Source of the DNA: Bacteroidota bacterium
Lineage (GTDB): Bacteria > Bacteroidota > Bacteroidia > Bacteroidales > VadinHA17
Assembly: GCA_011050615.1 (NCBI GenBank)
Contig: DRFJ01000053.1
Location: 16,029-80,028, forward strand
Reading direction: 5' to 3'
Length of the DNA: 64,000 bases
Shown here: positions 10,764 through 20,488 of the stretch, one piece after another
Numbering within the stretch: position 1 is the first letter of the stretch
Layout: the number at the start of each line of letters is the position of its first letter
Translations under genes and position numbers: made by a program
Notes under the pieces: generated by a model
Told to the model about the DNA's origin: nothing
The model's input: only the letters and a program-made list of their open reading frames with translations
The model's database searches: none

Positions 10764-13139
10764 TTGGATATGAAACTGACAGACAGAGTAATAAAATTGA
10801 GAGAACAAAGCCTTAATGCTGTTGAAACAATATCAGCTGAGAGGGCCTTGCTGGTAACAGAATTCTATAAAAGTGACATGGCAAGAGAAGTGTCAGTGCC
10901 CGTTCGAAGGGCAAGGGCATTTGAATATATACTGAGGAATAAAAAACTATGTATTAATGAAGGTGAACTTATAGTGGGGGAGAGAGGACCGGCTCCCAAA
11001 GCTACTCCAACCTATCCTGAAATAAGCCTGCATTCCCTGGATGATCTTGAAATACTTGATAAGAGGGATAAAGTGTCTTTTAAGGTAAGTAAGGAGGTAA
11101 AAGATATTTATGAGAAAGAGATCATCCCATACTGGAGGGGTAAGAGTAACAGGGACAAAATTATGGAAGCCATGACCCCGGCATGGAAGAAAGCCTATAA
11201 GGCAGGTGTATTTACTGAATTTCAGGAGCAAAGAGCTCCTGGTCATACAGTCCTGGGTTATAAATTATTCAGCACCGGTTTCCTTGACCTGAAAAAAGAA
11301 ATTGAGGAAAGTATACAGGACCTTGATTTTTACAGAGATCGTTATGCATATGATAAGGCAGAAGAACTGAAGGCAATGGATATAGCCTGTGATGCCATAA
11401 TAATGTATGCAAACCGCAATGCTGATGAGCTTGAAAAAATGGCTTCAGAGAGCACAGATGAAAAACGCAGGACTGAATTGAAAGAAATGGCCAGGATATG
11501 CCGTAAAGTGCCGGCTCATGCTCCTGGTACCTTTCATGAAATGCTGCAACATTATTGGTTTGTACACCTTGGTGTGGTTACAGAACTCAACCCGTGGGAC
11601 TCGTTTAATCCGGGGAGGCTGGATCAGCATCTGTTACCGGTTTATACAAGGGATAAAACCGAGGGTGAACTGACAGAGGAAAGGGCCTATGAATTACTTG
11701 GCTGCTTCTGGGTTAAATTTAATAACCATCCTTCACCTCCGAAAATGGGAGTTACAGCCCAGGAAAGTAATACCTATACTGACTTTTGCCTTATTAACCT
11801 TGGTGGGGTAAAACCTGACGGAACAGATGCCGTAAACGATATAACCTATATGCTGCTTGACCTTATAGGAGAAATGAGGATTTTGCAGCCCAGTTCCATG
11901 GTCCAGGTTTCAAAGAAAAGTCCTGACAAGTTTATTTATAAGGCCCTTGATATCATTAAAACAGGTTTTGGTCAGCCCTCATGCTTTAATACCGATGCTA
12001 TAATCCAGGAATTGATTCAACAGGGTAAATCTATTGTTGATGCACGCAACGGAGGTGCATCTGGTTGTGTCGAAACGGGTGCCTTCGGAACCGAATCATA
12101 CTGGCTTACCGGATATTTTAACCTTGCAAAGATTCTTGAGATTACACTTTATGACGGGATCGATCCGCGCACTGGAGAGACAGTGGGACTGCCAACCGGA
12201 AATCCGGAGGATTTTAAGAACTTTGATGATCTCTTCCGGGCTTTCAGGCAGCAGCTTGAATATTTTGCTTCTACAAAAATTCGTGGGAACAACGTCATTG
12301 AGAGAATATTTGCAGGGAATCTGCCGGCACCCTTCCTCTCATTGCTGATAGAAGACTGCATAGCAAAAGGAAGGGATTATAATGACGGAGGTGCAAGGTA
12401 TAATACCACATATATACAGGGAGTAGGGCTGGGCACAATAACTGACATGCTCAGTTCCATAAGGTATAATATCTATGATAAGAAGAAATATACCTGGAAG
12501 CAGGTGATTGATGCAATGACAAATGATTTCGAAGGTTATGATCAGCTTCAGTATGACCTGGTTTATAATTCACCAAAATATGGCAATGACGATGATTATG
12601 CCGATCAGCATGCCGTTATGGTGTTTGAAGCATTCTATGATGCAGTAAATGGCCATCGCACACCACGAGGTGGCATTCACAGGATAAATATGCTCCCGAC
12701 CACATCCCATGTATATTTCGGTTCCGTTATTGGAGCAACACCCGATGGAAGACGTGCCTATGTCCCACTGTCTGAAGGAATATCCCCGTTCCAGGGAGTT
12801 GACAGGCTCGGTCCGACGGCAGTGATAAAATCAGCATCCAAGATAGATCATCTCAGAACAGGGGGAACATTGCTTAATCAGAAATTCAGTCCCCGGTTCT
12901 TCGAGGATGAGGACAGTTACCAGAAGCTTACCGCACTTATAAGAAGCTATTTTAAGATGGATGGTCATCATGTGCAATTCAATGTTGTTGATGCTGATAC
13001 TTTGAGGAACGCACAAAAGCACCCGGAACTTTACAGGGACCTGATTGTAAGAGTTGCTGGCTACAGCGATTATTTTAATGACCTGGGTATGGACCTGCAG
13101 AATGAAATTATAAGAAGAACAGAACACGAATCATTATAA
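10764..13139 (+). CDS. hypD: glycyl radical enzyme, most likely trans-4-hydroxy-L-proline dehydratase
   Basis: 791 aa. Glycyl radical motif RVAGYSDYF (G766). Thiyl loop GCVE (C435/E437) of the 1,2-eliminase clade. H161, D279, S335, F341, Y451 and T646 each fall one residue after the C. difficile HypD active-site residues I recall (H160, D278, S334, F340, Y450, T645). Confidence 0.7.
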   Translation: MDMKLTDRVIKLREQSLNAVETISAERALLVTEFYKSDMAREVSVPVRRARAFEYILRNKKLCINEGELIVGERGPAPKATPTYPEISLHSLDDLEILDKRDKVSFKVSKEVKDIYEKEIIPYWRGKSNRDKIMEAMTPAWKKAYKAGVFTEFQEQRAPGHTVLGYKLFSTGFLDLKKEIEESIQDLDFYRDRYAYDKAEELKAMDIACDAIIMYANRNADELEKMASESTDEKRRTELKEMARICRKVPAHAPGTFHEMLQHYWFVHLGVVTELNPWDSFNPGRLDQHLLPVYTRDKTEGELTEERAYELLGCFWVKFNNHPSPPKMGVTAQESNTYTDFCLINLGGVKPDGTDAVNDITYMLLDLIGEMRILQPSSMVQVSKKSPDKFIYKALDIIKTGFGQPSCFNTDAIIQELIQQGKSIVDARNGGASGCVETGAFGTESYWLTGYFNLAKILEITLYDGIDPRTGETVGLPTGNPEDFKNFDDLFRAFRQQLEYFASTKIRGNNVIERIFAGNLPAPFLSLLIEDCIAKGRDYNDGGARYNTTYIQGVGLGTITDMLSSIRYNIYDKKKYTWKQVIDAMTNDFEGYDQLQYDLVYNSPKYGNDDDYADQHAVMVFEAFYDAVNGHRTPRGGIHRINMLPTTSHVYFGSVIGATPDGRRAYVPLSEGISPFQGVDRLGPTAVIKSASKIDHLRTGGTLLNQKFSPRFFEDEDSYQKLTALIRSYFKMDGHHVQFNVVDADTLRNAQKHPELYRDLIVRVAGYSDYFNDLGMDLQNEIIRRTEHESL

Positions 13140-13153
13140 AAAAAAACACTATC

Positions 13154-14551
13154 ATGTTCAAAAAAGAAGTATACATAAAAAGAAGAGAAAAACTTAAGAA
13201 ATCAGTTGGCTCAGGCCTCATATTGTTGCTGGGCAATGATGAAAGTCCGATGAATTATGCCGATAATCCCTTTCATTTTCACCAGGACAGTAGCTTCCGG
13301 TATTTTTTCGGAATGAATTTCCCGTCACTGGCCGGTATTATGGATTGTGATACTGGCGAAGATATAATATTTGGTGATGATCTTACAGTTGAAGATTTTG
13401 TATGGATGGGCCCACAGCCAACAATACGGGAAAGGGCCGCTGCCTTTGGCATTCAAAAGGCTCAGCCTTTAAAGGCTCTTGTGGAACTTCTGCGGAAAGA
13501 AAATACCGGGGACAGGACCATACATTTTCTTCCTCCCTACAGGCCCGAAAACAAGATTAAGCTCTTTGAGTGGCTGGGTATATTGCCTGCTGAATCACAG
13601 GCTGAATCTTCCACCGCCCTTGTACTGGCAGTGATCAGACAGCGAAATTATAAGACCCCTGAAGAGGTGGAAGAAATTCGCAAAGTTACCGATATATCTG
13701 TTGATATGCACCGTACTGCAATGCGAATGGCAGCCCCTGGTGTGACAGAGGCCCAGATAGCAGCTGCTGTTAATCATGCTGCTGAGGCAGTGGGAGCCAG
13801 AATATCCTTTCCCATTATTGCTACCGTTAACGGGCAAACACTGCATAACCATTATCATGGAAATACGTTGAAGAGCGGACAATTATTCCTCCTGGATGCC
13901 GGTGCAGAGCTTGAATCAGGCTACGCTGCTGACCTGTCAAGTACAGTACCCGTTGATCCCCGTTTCACGCCCCTGCAGAGAGATGTATATGATATTACCC
14001 TTGAAAGCCATAATACAGCAATCAGTATGCTTAAGCCCGGCATAGCCTTCAGGGAAGTGTATCTTGAATCAGCAAGGGTTATTGCAAGGGGACTGAAAGA
14101 TATGGGACTTATGAAGGGTGATGTAGATAATGCAGTGGCAAGTGGTGCTCATGCTCTTTTCTTTCCCTGTGGACTGGGTCATATGATGGGAATGGATGTG
14201 CATGATATGGAAGACCTGGGCGAAACATATGTAGGATGGGACGGTCAGGAGAGACCCACCCAGTTTGGCATAAAATCTCTCAGGCTGGGCCGTAAGCTCG
14301 AACCCGGCTTTGTGCTGACTATTGAACCCGGCATATATTTCATACCTGAATTAATCGACCAGTGGCAACAAACTGGCAATAACAAGGAGTTTATCAACTT
14401 TGACAGAGTTAATAGATTCAGGAATTTCGGTGGTATAAGGAATGAAGAAGATTTCCTGATTACCGATACAGGCTATGAACTGCTTGGTAAACCAAAACCA
14501 AAAACCATAGAAGAAGTGGAAGCTGAACATTCTAAAGAGCTACCTCTTTAG
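13154..14551 (+). CDS. M24B Xaa-Pro aminopeptidase / prolidase family protein
   Basis: 465 aa. Pita-bread metal ligand blocks are present (LLDAGAE, CGLGHMMGMDVHD, TIEPGIY, GGIRNEED). Confidence 0.8.
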   Translation: MFKKEVYIKRREKLKKSVGSGLILLLGNDESPMNYADNPFHFHQDSSFRYFFGMNFPSLAGIMDCDTGEDIIFGDDLTVEDFVWMGPQPTIRERAAAFGIQKAQPLKALVELLRKENTGDRTIHFLPPYRPENKIKLFEWLGILPAESQAESSTALVLAVIRQRNYKTPEEVEEIRKVTDISVDMHRTAMRMAAPGVTEAQIAAAVNHAAEAVGARISFPIIATVNGQTLHNHYHGNTLKSGQLFLLDAGAELESGYAADLSSTVPVDPRFTPLQRDVYDITLESHNTAISMLKPGIAFREVYLESARVIARGLKDMGLMKGDVDNAVASGAHALFFPCGLGHMMGMDVHDMEDLGETYVGWDGQERPTQFGIKSLRLGRKLEPGFVLTIEPGIYFIPELIDQWQQTGNNKEFINFDRVNRFRNFGGIRNEEDFLITDTGYELLGKPKPKTIEEVEAEHSKELPL

Positions 14552-14645
14552 CACGGGTCTCGTTCTTTAGTCTTAGACTTGCCGAGCCCGTCTTATAAAT
14601 TGTTTTAATTATTCTCATTTTTTTTGTAACTTATAGCTGTTCTCA

Positions 14646-14675
14646 CCCGGCTGGCCGGGATACTTATTTTTTTTC
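14646..14675 (+). terminator. putative rho-independent terminator downstream of the GRE-peptidase operon
   Basis: GC stem CCCGG/CCGGG (14646-14659) followed by an 8-nt T-run (14667-14674). Confidence 0.4.
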
Positions 14676-14697
14676 AGGTTCCTCAGAATTATTTCTA

Positions 14698-15441
14698 ATG
14701 AAAGAGAAATTTTTCAGATACTTTGATGAAAGGTACAGGGATAATGTCCTGCAAGATGCTTCCGAAGTTTTTGGACCCGTTATAACAATATCCAGACTTA
14801 CGGGTTGTGATGCAGTGGCTGTTGCAAAAAAGCTGGTTATCAGGCTTAACAGGGAAGAGAACAGTACAAGATGGAGATGGATTGACAAGGAAATACTGGT
14901 GAATACTGCACGTGAACTTAACACGGGCGCTCACAATGTTGAAAGTTATGTTAAAAGACATGAATTGTCGGGTTTTTCCGAAATTCTAATGTCAATATCG
15001 GGTAAATACATCAGTGACGCCAAGGTCAGAAAAACAATAAAGGAAGTTGTTTTAACCATATGCAAGGAAGGATATGTGGTGCTTGTTGGGAGGGGAGGAG
15101 TTGCCCTCACGGGCTCTGTAAAAAAAGCTCTCCATGTTCGCCTGGTGGCACCTTTTTACTGGAGGGTGAAGAATATTATGAAGAAAAAAAAACTTGATAT
15201 TGAGGCCGCCGAGGAGTTTATAGTCGATGCCGATGAAAAAAGACATACGCTTATCCTCAATTTCCTTGATAAGAAACCTATCAATCTGGATTACCTGTTT
15301 GATGTTACTCTTAACCGTAGCTCTTTTTCCGTTAACCAGATTTCAGGTATCCTTTGCCAGCTTTACAGGGAGAGGATGGACGCTGTTTCAGGGGGTGAAT
15401 CAACGGGCAGCAAGGGTCCTGTGATGAATGCATACAAATAA
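14698..15441 (+). CDS. cytidylate kinase-like family protein
   Basis: 247 aa. ITISRLTGCDAVAVAKKL in place of a P-loop, and overall layout typical of the AAA/cytidylate-kinase-like family. Confidence 0.5.
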   Translation: MKEKFFRYFDERYRDNVLQDASEVFGPVITISRLTGCDAVAVAKKLVIRLNREENSTRWRWIDKEILVNTARELNTGAHNVESYVKRHELSGFSEILMSISGKYISDAKVRKTIKEVVLTICKEGYVVLVGRGGVALTGSVKKALHVRLVAPFYWRVKNIMKKKKLDIEAAEEFIVDADEKRHTLILNFLDKKPINLDYLFDVTLNRSSFSVNQISGILCQLYRERMDAVSGGESTGSKGPVMNAYK

Positions 15442-15470
15442 AAACAGGATGCCCCAGCGGCATCCTGTTT
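15442..15470. terminator. bidirectional hairpin terminator between convergent genes
   Basis: 12-bp perfect stem AAACAGGATGCC / GGCATCCTGTTT with a 5-nt loop. It is flanked by A-run and T-run and sits between the stops at 15441 and 15483. Confidence 0.75.
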
Positions 15471-15482
15471 GCTGTTGTCTTT

Positions 15483-16802
15483 CTAGTATTCGATTGGTTT
15501 AATACAAACACTGGCAATATCCTGGATATGTTTTCTTACCCTGTTGTCCAGGTTCTTTTTATACTCGTCCCAGTCTGTTATTTTTTTCCTGGCCACGCCT
15601 GAATCCATGGCTGCTTTAGCCACTGCCGGGGCAACCCGGGATATAAGCCTCAGGTCGAGCGGTTTAGGAATAATATATTCCCTTCCAAATTCAAGTTTGT
15701 CAACATTATATGCCTTCGCTACTTCATCGGGAACCGGTTCTTTTGTCAGGTCGGCCAGTGCACAGGCAGCTGCAAGCTTCATCTCTTCATTAATGTCTCT
15801 TGCCATAACATCGAGTGCGCCACGGAAGATAAAGGGGAAGCCGAGCACGTTGTTTATCTGGTTTGGGTAGTCCGATCTGCCTGTAGCAAAGATGAGGTCA
15901 TCCCTGGTTTCCATTGCATCTTCATAGGTTATTTCAGGATTAGGATTGGCCATTGCAAATACAATAGGATTCGGGGCCATGGTGGCAAGCATTTCCTTCG
16001 TCATTATACCGGCAACGGAGAGTCCAAGGAATAGATCGGCATCAACACAGGCTTCAGCCAGTGTTGATATGTCCCTGTCAGTGGCAAATTCAGCCTTATA
16101 CTTATTTATATCAGTCCTTTTTTTGTTTATCACTCCTTTTGAATCGACCATTACTATGTTTTCCTTGCGGATACCGAGAGCAACATATAATTTGGTGCAG
16201 GAGATGGCACCGGCTCCTGCCCCGGAGACCACCATTTTCAGGTCTTCAATCTTTTTACCGGAAATTTCAAGAGCATTTAGAAGTCCTGCCCCTGATATGA
16301 TCGCAGTTCCGTGCTGATCATCGTGAAAAACAGGAATGTCAAGATCCCTCTTCAGCCTTTCCTCAATCTCGAAACATTCAGGTGCTTTTATATCTTCCAG
16401 ATTGATACCTCCGAAAGTAGGTGATATTTTTTTACAGAACTCGACCATCTTATCAACGTCTTTCTCATCTACTTCTATGTCAAATACGTCAACATCTCCG
16501 AAAACTTTAAACAGGAGTCCCTTGCCTTCCATGACAGGCTTGCCGGCCAGGGCTCCGATATCACCCAGACCAAGAACTGCGGTGCCATTCGATATTACTG
16601 CAACCAGGTTTGCCCTGGCAGTATACTTGTAAGCATCCAGGGGATTGCTTTCTATTTCTTTACACGGAAAGGCTACTCCCGGGGTATAAGCCAGACTCAG
16701 GTCAAACTGGGTGCTGAAAGGTTTGGTTGGTATTACTTCAACTTTTCCCTTACGCCCTGTACTGTGATATTTGAGGGCATGTTCTTTTGTAACTTTTGGC
16801 AT
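15483..16802 (-). CDS. NAD(P)-dependent malic enzyme (short form, no PTA-like domain)
   Basis: 439 aa. The N-terminus [20 protein letters not shown] and the Rossmann motif [11 protein letters not shown] are typical of MaeB-type malic enzymes. Confidence 0.85.
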   Translation of the reverse strand: MPKVTKEHALKYHSTGRKGKVEVIPTKPFSTQFDLSLAYTPGVAFPCKEIESNPLDAYKYTARANLVAVISNGTAVLGLGDIGALAGKPVMEGKGLLFKVFGDVDVFDIEVDEKDVDKMVEFCKKISPTFGGINLEDIKAPECFEIEERLKRDLDIPVFHDDQHGTAIISGAGLLNALEISGKKIEDLKMVVSGAGAGAISCTKLYVALGIRKENIVMVDSKGVINKKRTDINKYKAEFATDRDISTLAEACVDADLFLGLSVAGIMTKEMLATMAPNPIVFAMANPNPEITYEDAMETRDDLIFATGRSDYPNQINNVLGFPFIFRGALDVMARDINEEMKLAAACALADLTKEPVPDEVAKAYNVDKLEFGREYIIPKPLDLRLISRVAPAVAKAAMDSGVARKKITDWDEYKKNLDNRVRKHIQDIASVCIKPIEY

Positions 16803-16819
16803 AACTTGGATTTATTAGG

Positions 16820-17587
16820 TTAAGTATAATAATTGTTTATTAAGTTTATAATTTTTTCGTGCCTATCATTGTGTATATATATAATATCGTTATTAAAAAC
16901 CTCTGATAATTTAACACTTTTAAGAATTTTTTTTTCCGGGATGAATGCATTATAGCCTTCGTTTACTAATAAATCATTTATTATCCTCCTGTTGTCAGGG
17001 TCCAGTTCAATCTGTATGATCGGTTTATCCCGCTTAATTATTTCAATGAATCCCGGTATAACCCTTTTTTCATAACCTTCGATATCACACTTTATATAAT
17101 CAACCTTCTCGAGCCTGCCAAAGAGCATTGATGGCGTCTTTACCTCAACGGTAAGTTCTTTACCTCCAGGCTCAGCATTTCTGGCAATACGCATTAACCC
17201 GTGCCTGAAAGGCTCGTTACCCGGTATTCTCATGCTTTCGACAGACTCCCTGTCACCAAGTGCGAATGGTAGTATTATAATGTTTGAAAAGCCGGAGGTG
17301 TTAATATTTAATATTTCACGGTATAAGGGGACAGGTTCAACAGCCCATACAATGCCATCCTCCCCGGTTGCCCGTGCGAAAATTTTTGTGTAATAGCCGA
17401 GGTTAGCTCCAATGTCAATGATCGTATCTCCCTTATTTACCAGGTTTTTAACAAAATAGTGCATTTTGAATTTACCGGAAATCTTCAGGAGACCTGCAAA
17501 ATACAGTATGAAAAAAAACCTGCTTATTATCCTGAAATAAACCCTTTCATTTAATATCAGGTATAATGCTTTTTTAATGAACTTCAT
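16820..17587 (-). CDS. FkbM family SAM-dependent methyltransferase
   Basis: 255 aa. SAM motif I IIDIGANLGYYT and FkbM-like C-terminal half (IKCDIEGYE). Confidence 0.65.
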   Translation of the reverse strand: MKFIKKALYLILNERVYFRIISRFFFILYFAGLLKISGKFKMHYFVKNLVNKGDTIIDIGANLGYYTKIFARATGEDGIVWAVEPVPLYREILNINTSGFSNIIILPFALGDRESVESMRIPGNEPFRHGLMRIARNAEPGGKELTVEVKTPSMLFGRLEKVDYIKCDIEGYEKRVIPGFIEIIKRDKPIIQIELDPDNRRIINDLLVNEGYNAFIPEKKILKSVKLSEVFNNDIIYIHNDRHEKIINLINNYYT

Positions 17588-17911
17588 AAGTATCCAGTAA
17601 TCAAGGATGTATGAATGTGATACAAGATCCTCTTACACGTACTAAATTACAATTTAAAATAGATACTATGAAATAATTGAAAAAAATGATTTTATGTCAG
17701 ATAACATATTTTTATGGAGCCAGGAACGGCTGGTGATTGTGGACAGCAGGTGGCGGGCAATACTGCAACCGAGTCATGCGCGCCCGCTAAACCCTGGAGA
17801 ATTCGGGTAGCAGGTGATGACTGACAAAACTACATGTATATTATGTCAAAAAATCTTAATATTTTTGTGGCATGATATATGTAAATATATCGATATCTAT
17901 ATAAATAAAGA

Positions 17912-18502
17912 ATGATGGACATAAGGGATATTTCATCGCTTGAAGATCTGAGGAAGATAACAGGGAAAAATGAAAGGGCTTTCCTGCTCCTGTATAAAAG
18001 TGGTACCGAGAATAGTAACTGTGCGGTTAATGTACTTGATGAACTTGAAGAGAGTCTGTCTGAAGGACTGGTATTCATGAAAGCTGATGTATCCGCTGTA
18101 AGAGATATCCACCCGGAATATGGTATTGTGTCGGTTCCTGCGCTTCTTGAATTCCGATCCGGCATACTTAAAAATTTAATTAAAGGCTGTAACAGCAAAG
18201 AATTTTATATTTCTGCCATCAAAGGTTCACAGCCCCGAATGCAGTCCGGTGAGGAGAAAAGGCAAAAGAATGTAACGGTTTACTCAACACCCACTTGTAC
18301 ATGGTGCAATACCTTAAAATCCTATCTCAGAGAACGGAAAATACAGTTCAGGGACATTGATGTATCGGCTGATCAGAAGGCTGCCGGGCAAATGGTAAAC
18401 AAAAGTGGTCAGCAAGGTGTTCCTCAAACAGACATTGATGGTCATGTTATAGTAGGCTTCGATAAAAAGAAAATAGATAGTTTGCTTGAATCAGGAAATT
18501 AA
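17912..18502 (+). CDS. thioredoxin-fold domain (no CxxC) fused to a glutaredoxin-like domain
   Basis: The N-terminal ~110 aa is thioredoxin-like with a single Cys (SNCAV). The C-terminal ~75 aa is NrdH/YruB-like glutaredoxin, with VYSTPTCTWC and GVPQT. Confidence 0.6.
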   Translation: MMDIRDISSLEDLRKITGKNERAFLLLYKSGTENSNCAVNVLDELEESLSEGLVFMKADVSAVRDIHPEYGIVSVPALLEFRSGILKNLIKGCNSKEFYISAIKGSQPRMQSGEEKRQKNVTVYSTPTCTWCNTLKSYLRERKIQFRDIDVSADQKAAGQMVNKSGQQGVPQTDIDGHVIVGFDKKKIDSLLESGN

Positions 18503-18517
18503 ATTAAAACACATGAT

Positions 18518-19039
18518 ATGAAAAAAATTAGTTATGCTCTTCTGGCAATCTTAATTATGGTTGCGGTCAGTTCATGTTCAACAAGCACTGCGGCAGATAA
18601 TAAGGAGAAGGATGATAAGGAAACCGGAGTGTCATCAGATCAGGGACAGTCAGGCTCCATACATCTTACCAAAGCAGAATTTCTTGCAAAGGTTTATAAT
18701 TATGAGAAGAATACTGAATCATGGGTTTACGAAGGAGATAAACCAGCTATAGTAGATTTCTATGCTGACTGGTGCCAGCCCTGTAAGATAGCAAGTCCCA
18801 TACTGGATGAACTTGCAGAAGAATATGAAGGAAAGATATACATATACAAGGTAGACACCGAGAAAGAAAGGGAACTGGCTGCAGCATTCGGCATCAGGAG
18901 TATTCCTGCCTTCCTCCTTATACCTATGGGTGAGATGCCACAGATGTTCAATGGTATCGGACAGACAAAAGAAGCCACCAGGGAGATTTTTGTACATGCG
19001 ATAGATGAAATATTATTAAAAACCAAAAACAAAGACTAA
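18518..19039 (+). CDS. thioredoxin-family lipoprotein
   Basis: Lipobox VSSC, a low-complexity linker, and thioredoxin active site WCQPC followed by SIPAF. Confidence 0.8.
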   Translation: MKKISYALLAILIMVAVSSCSTSTAADNKEKDDKETGVSSDQGQSGSIHLTKAEFLAKVYNYEKNTESWVYEGDKPAIVDFYADWCQPCKIASPILDELAEEYEGKIYIYKVDTEKERELAAAFGIRSIPAFLLIPMGEMPQMFNGIGQTKEATREIFVHAIDEILLKTKNKD

Positions 19040-19041
19040 AA

Positions 19042-19326
19042 ATGAAAGAGTTACAGCCAATAAATCAGCAGGTGCTCCTGGAACTCGAAGGCTCTAAAGA
19101 GGAGAAAACGGCGTCAGGTATTATAATTCCTGAGACTGCTAAAGAGAAGCCTAAATACGCAAGGGTTGCCGCTCTGGGTGCTATCGAGAAAGCGGAAATC
19201 AGCGTTGGTGACCTGGTCTTTTATAAAAATTTTTCCGGGAATGAAATCGAATTTGGAGGTAAAGATTACCTGATGGTTCCTTATGCAGACATACTGGGAA
19301 AAGTTGTTGAAACAGATAAGATATGA
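19042..19326 (+). CDS. groES: GroES/Cpn10-like co-chaperonin (no groEL adjacent)
   Basis: 94 aa. Mobile-loop region EEKTASGIIIPETAKEKP and C-terminal ILGKV. It starts 2 nt after the thioredoxin stop. Confidence 0.75.
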   Translation: MKELQPINQQVLLELEGSKEEKTASGIIIPETAKEKPKYARVAALGAIEKAEISVGDLVFYKNFSGNEIEFGGKDYLMVPYADILGKVVETDKI

Positions 19327-19399
19327 TCATTGCCTCACCGGCTCCAGATGAATTTTACAGATTTGCTTTTTAATAAGCCTGTTCTATTTGCTGCTATAT

Positions 19400-19432
19400 A
19401 AAAGCTCCGGAAAAACACCGGGGCTTTTTATT
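19400..19432 (+). terminator. rho-independent terminator after the groES-like gene
   Basis: Stem AAAGCTCCGG / CCGGGGCTTT (one G-T pair) with a 7-nt loop, followed by a T-rich tail. Confidence 0.6.
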
Positions 19433-19530
19433 TCTCTCATAATTCATCCCTCCAATGCCTCAGCCTGTTTTTTTCATTTGGTGATGATAATTTAATTGGA
19501 TATTTTCACCCCTGTTTATTTTTATGATAT

Positions 19531-20469
19531 ATGATAGAAAAACATTACTCTATTGGGGTTGATATAGGAGGCAGTCATATTACATGTGCAGCTGTTGACC
19601 TGGATGAAAGAAGGATCATAAGGGAAACCCTTACCGAAAGGTCTGTGGATAATAAAGGCACGGCAGATGAAATCATAAGCAGGTGGTCGGAGGCACTGTC
19701 TGAAACATTTGAAAAACTTGGACTGGATAATATTAAGGGCATTGGCTTTGCAATGCCGGGTCCTTTCGATTATGTAAATGGCATTTGTCTTATTAAAGGA
19801 GTGCCCAAGTACGAAAAACTATACGGGATCAATATCGGTGAAGCCATAGCAGAATCTTTAAGCTTACAACCGGGAATGCCTGTAAGATTCATGAATGATG
19901 CTTCTTCTTTTGCTGTAGGCGAGGCCTGGGCAGGCAAGGCTGCCGCCAGCAACAGGTTAATGGCAATAACCCTTGGAACCGGACTGGGATCAGCCTTTGT
20001 TGCTGACAGGGTACCTGTGGTAACCGGGGATGTGGTTCCTGACCTGGGATGTGTTTATCACATCAGTTTCCGTGATGGAATTGCTGATGACTATTTCAGT
20101 ACACGCTGGTTTATTGGAAGGTATAAAGATATAACCGGGAAGGAAAGCCAGGGGGTCAGGGAAATTGCTGAAGCTGCAAGATATGATGGGGATATAAGGA
20201 ATATCTTTGTTGAATTCGGCACTTCCCTTGGGGCCTTTCTTTCGCCTTACCTGATAAAGTTTGGGGCTGAAGTCCTTGTCATGGGTGGGAATATATCACG
20301 TGCATATGGTCTCTTTGGTCCGTCGATGGAAGAGAAAATGAAAGCAGAAAAGTGCGATACCCTAACACTCCTGTCCGAACTTAAGGAAGATGCGGCCCTG
20401 CTGGGCAGTGCTTACCTTCTCGATAATTTGTTCTGGAGTTCAGTGAGGGGATCACTTCAGTATATGTAA
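19531..20469 (+). CDS. ROK family sugar kinase
   Basis: 312 aa. DIGGSHI ATP-binding motif, GLGSAF, and the ROK core. Confidence 0.75.
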   Translation: MIEKHYSIGVDIGGSHITCAAVDLDERRIIRETLTERSVDNKGTADEIISRWSEALSETFEKLGLDNIKGIGFAMPGPFDYVNGICLIKGVPKYEKLYGINIGEAIAESLSLQPGMPVRFMNDASSFAVGEAWAGKAAASNRLMAITLGTGLGSAFVADRVPVVTGDVVPDLGCVYHISFRDGIADDYFSTRWFIGRYKDITGKESQGVREIAEAARYDGDIRNIFVEFGTSLGAFLSPYLIKFGAEVLVMGGNISRAYGLFGPSMEEKMKAEKCDTLTLLSELKEDAALLGSAYLLDNLFWSSVRGSLQYM

Positions 20470-20488
20470 TTGAAAAAAAACCAATAAC

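Noticed and set aside
10764-13139. Alternative calls for the glycyl radical enzyme: pyruvate formate-lyase, choline TMA-lyase or glycerol dehydratase
   Set aside because: PFL has adjacent Cys-Cys in the thiyl loop, but here the loop is GCVE. CutC is ~850-1100 aa and has different pocket residues. Glycerol dehydratase numbering (H164/C433/G763, as I recall it) does not give the constant +1 offset seen for all recalled HypD pocket residues. The distinction still needs a real alignment.
17830-18198. 122-aa minus-strand ORF overlapping the start of the Trx/Grx fusion gene
   Set aside because: It is a Ser-rich, low-complexity translation antisense to a gene with clear glutaredoxin and thioredoxin motifs. 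I treat it as spurious.
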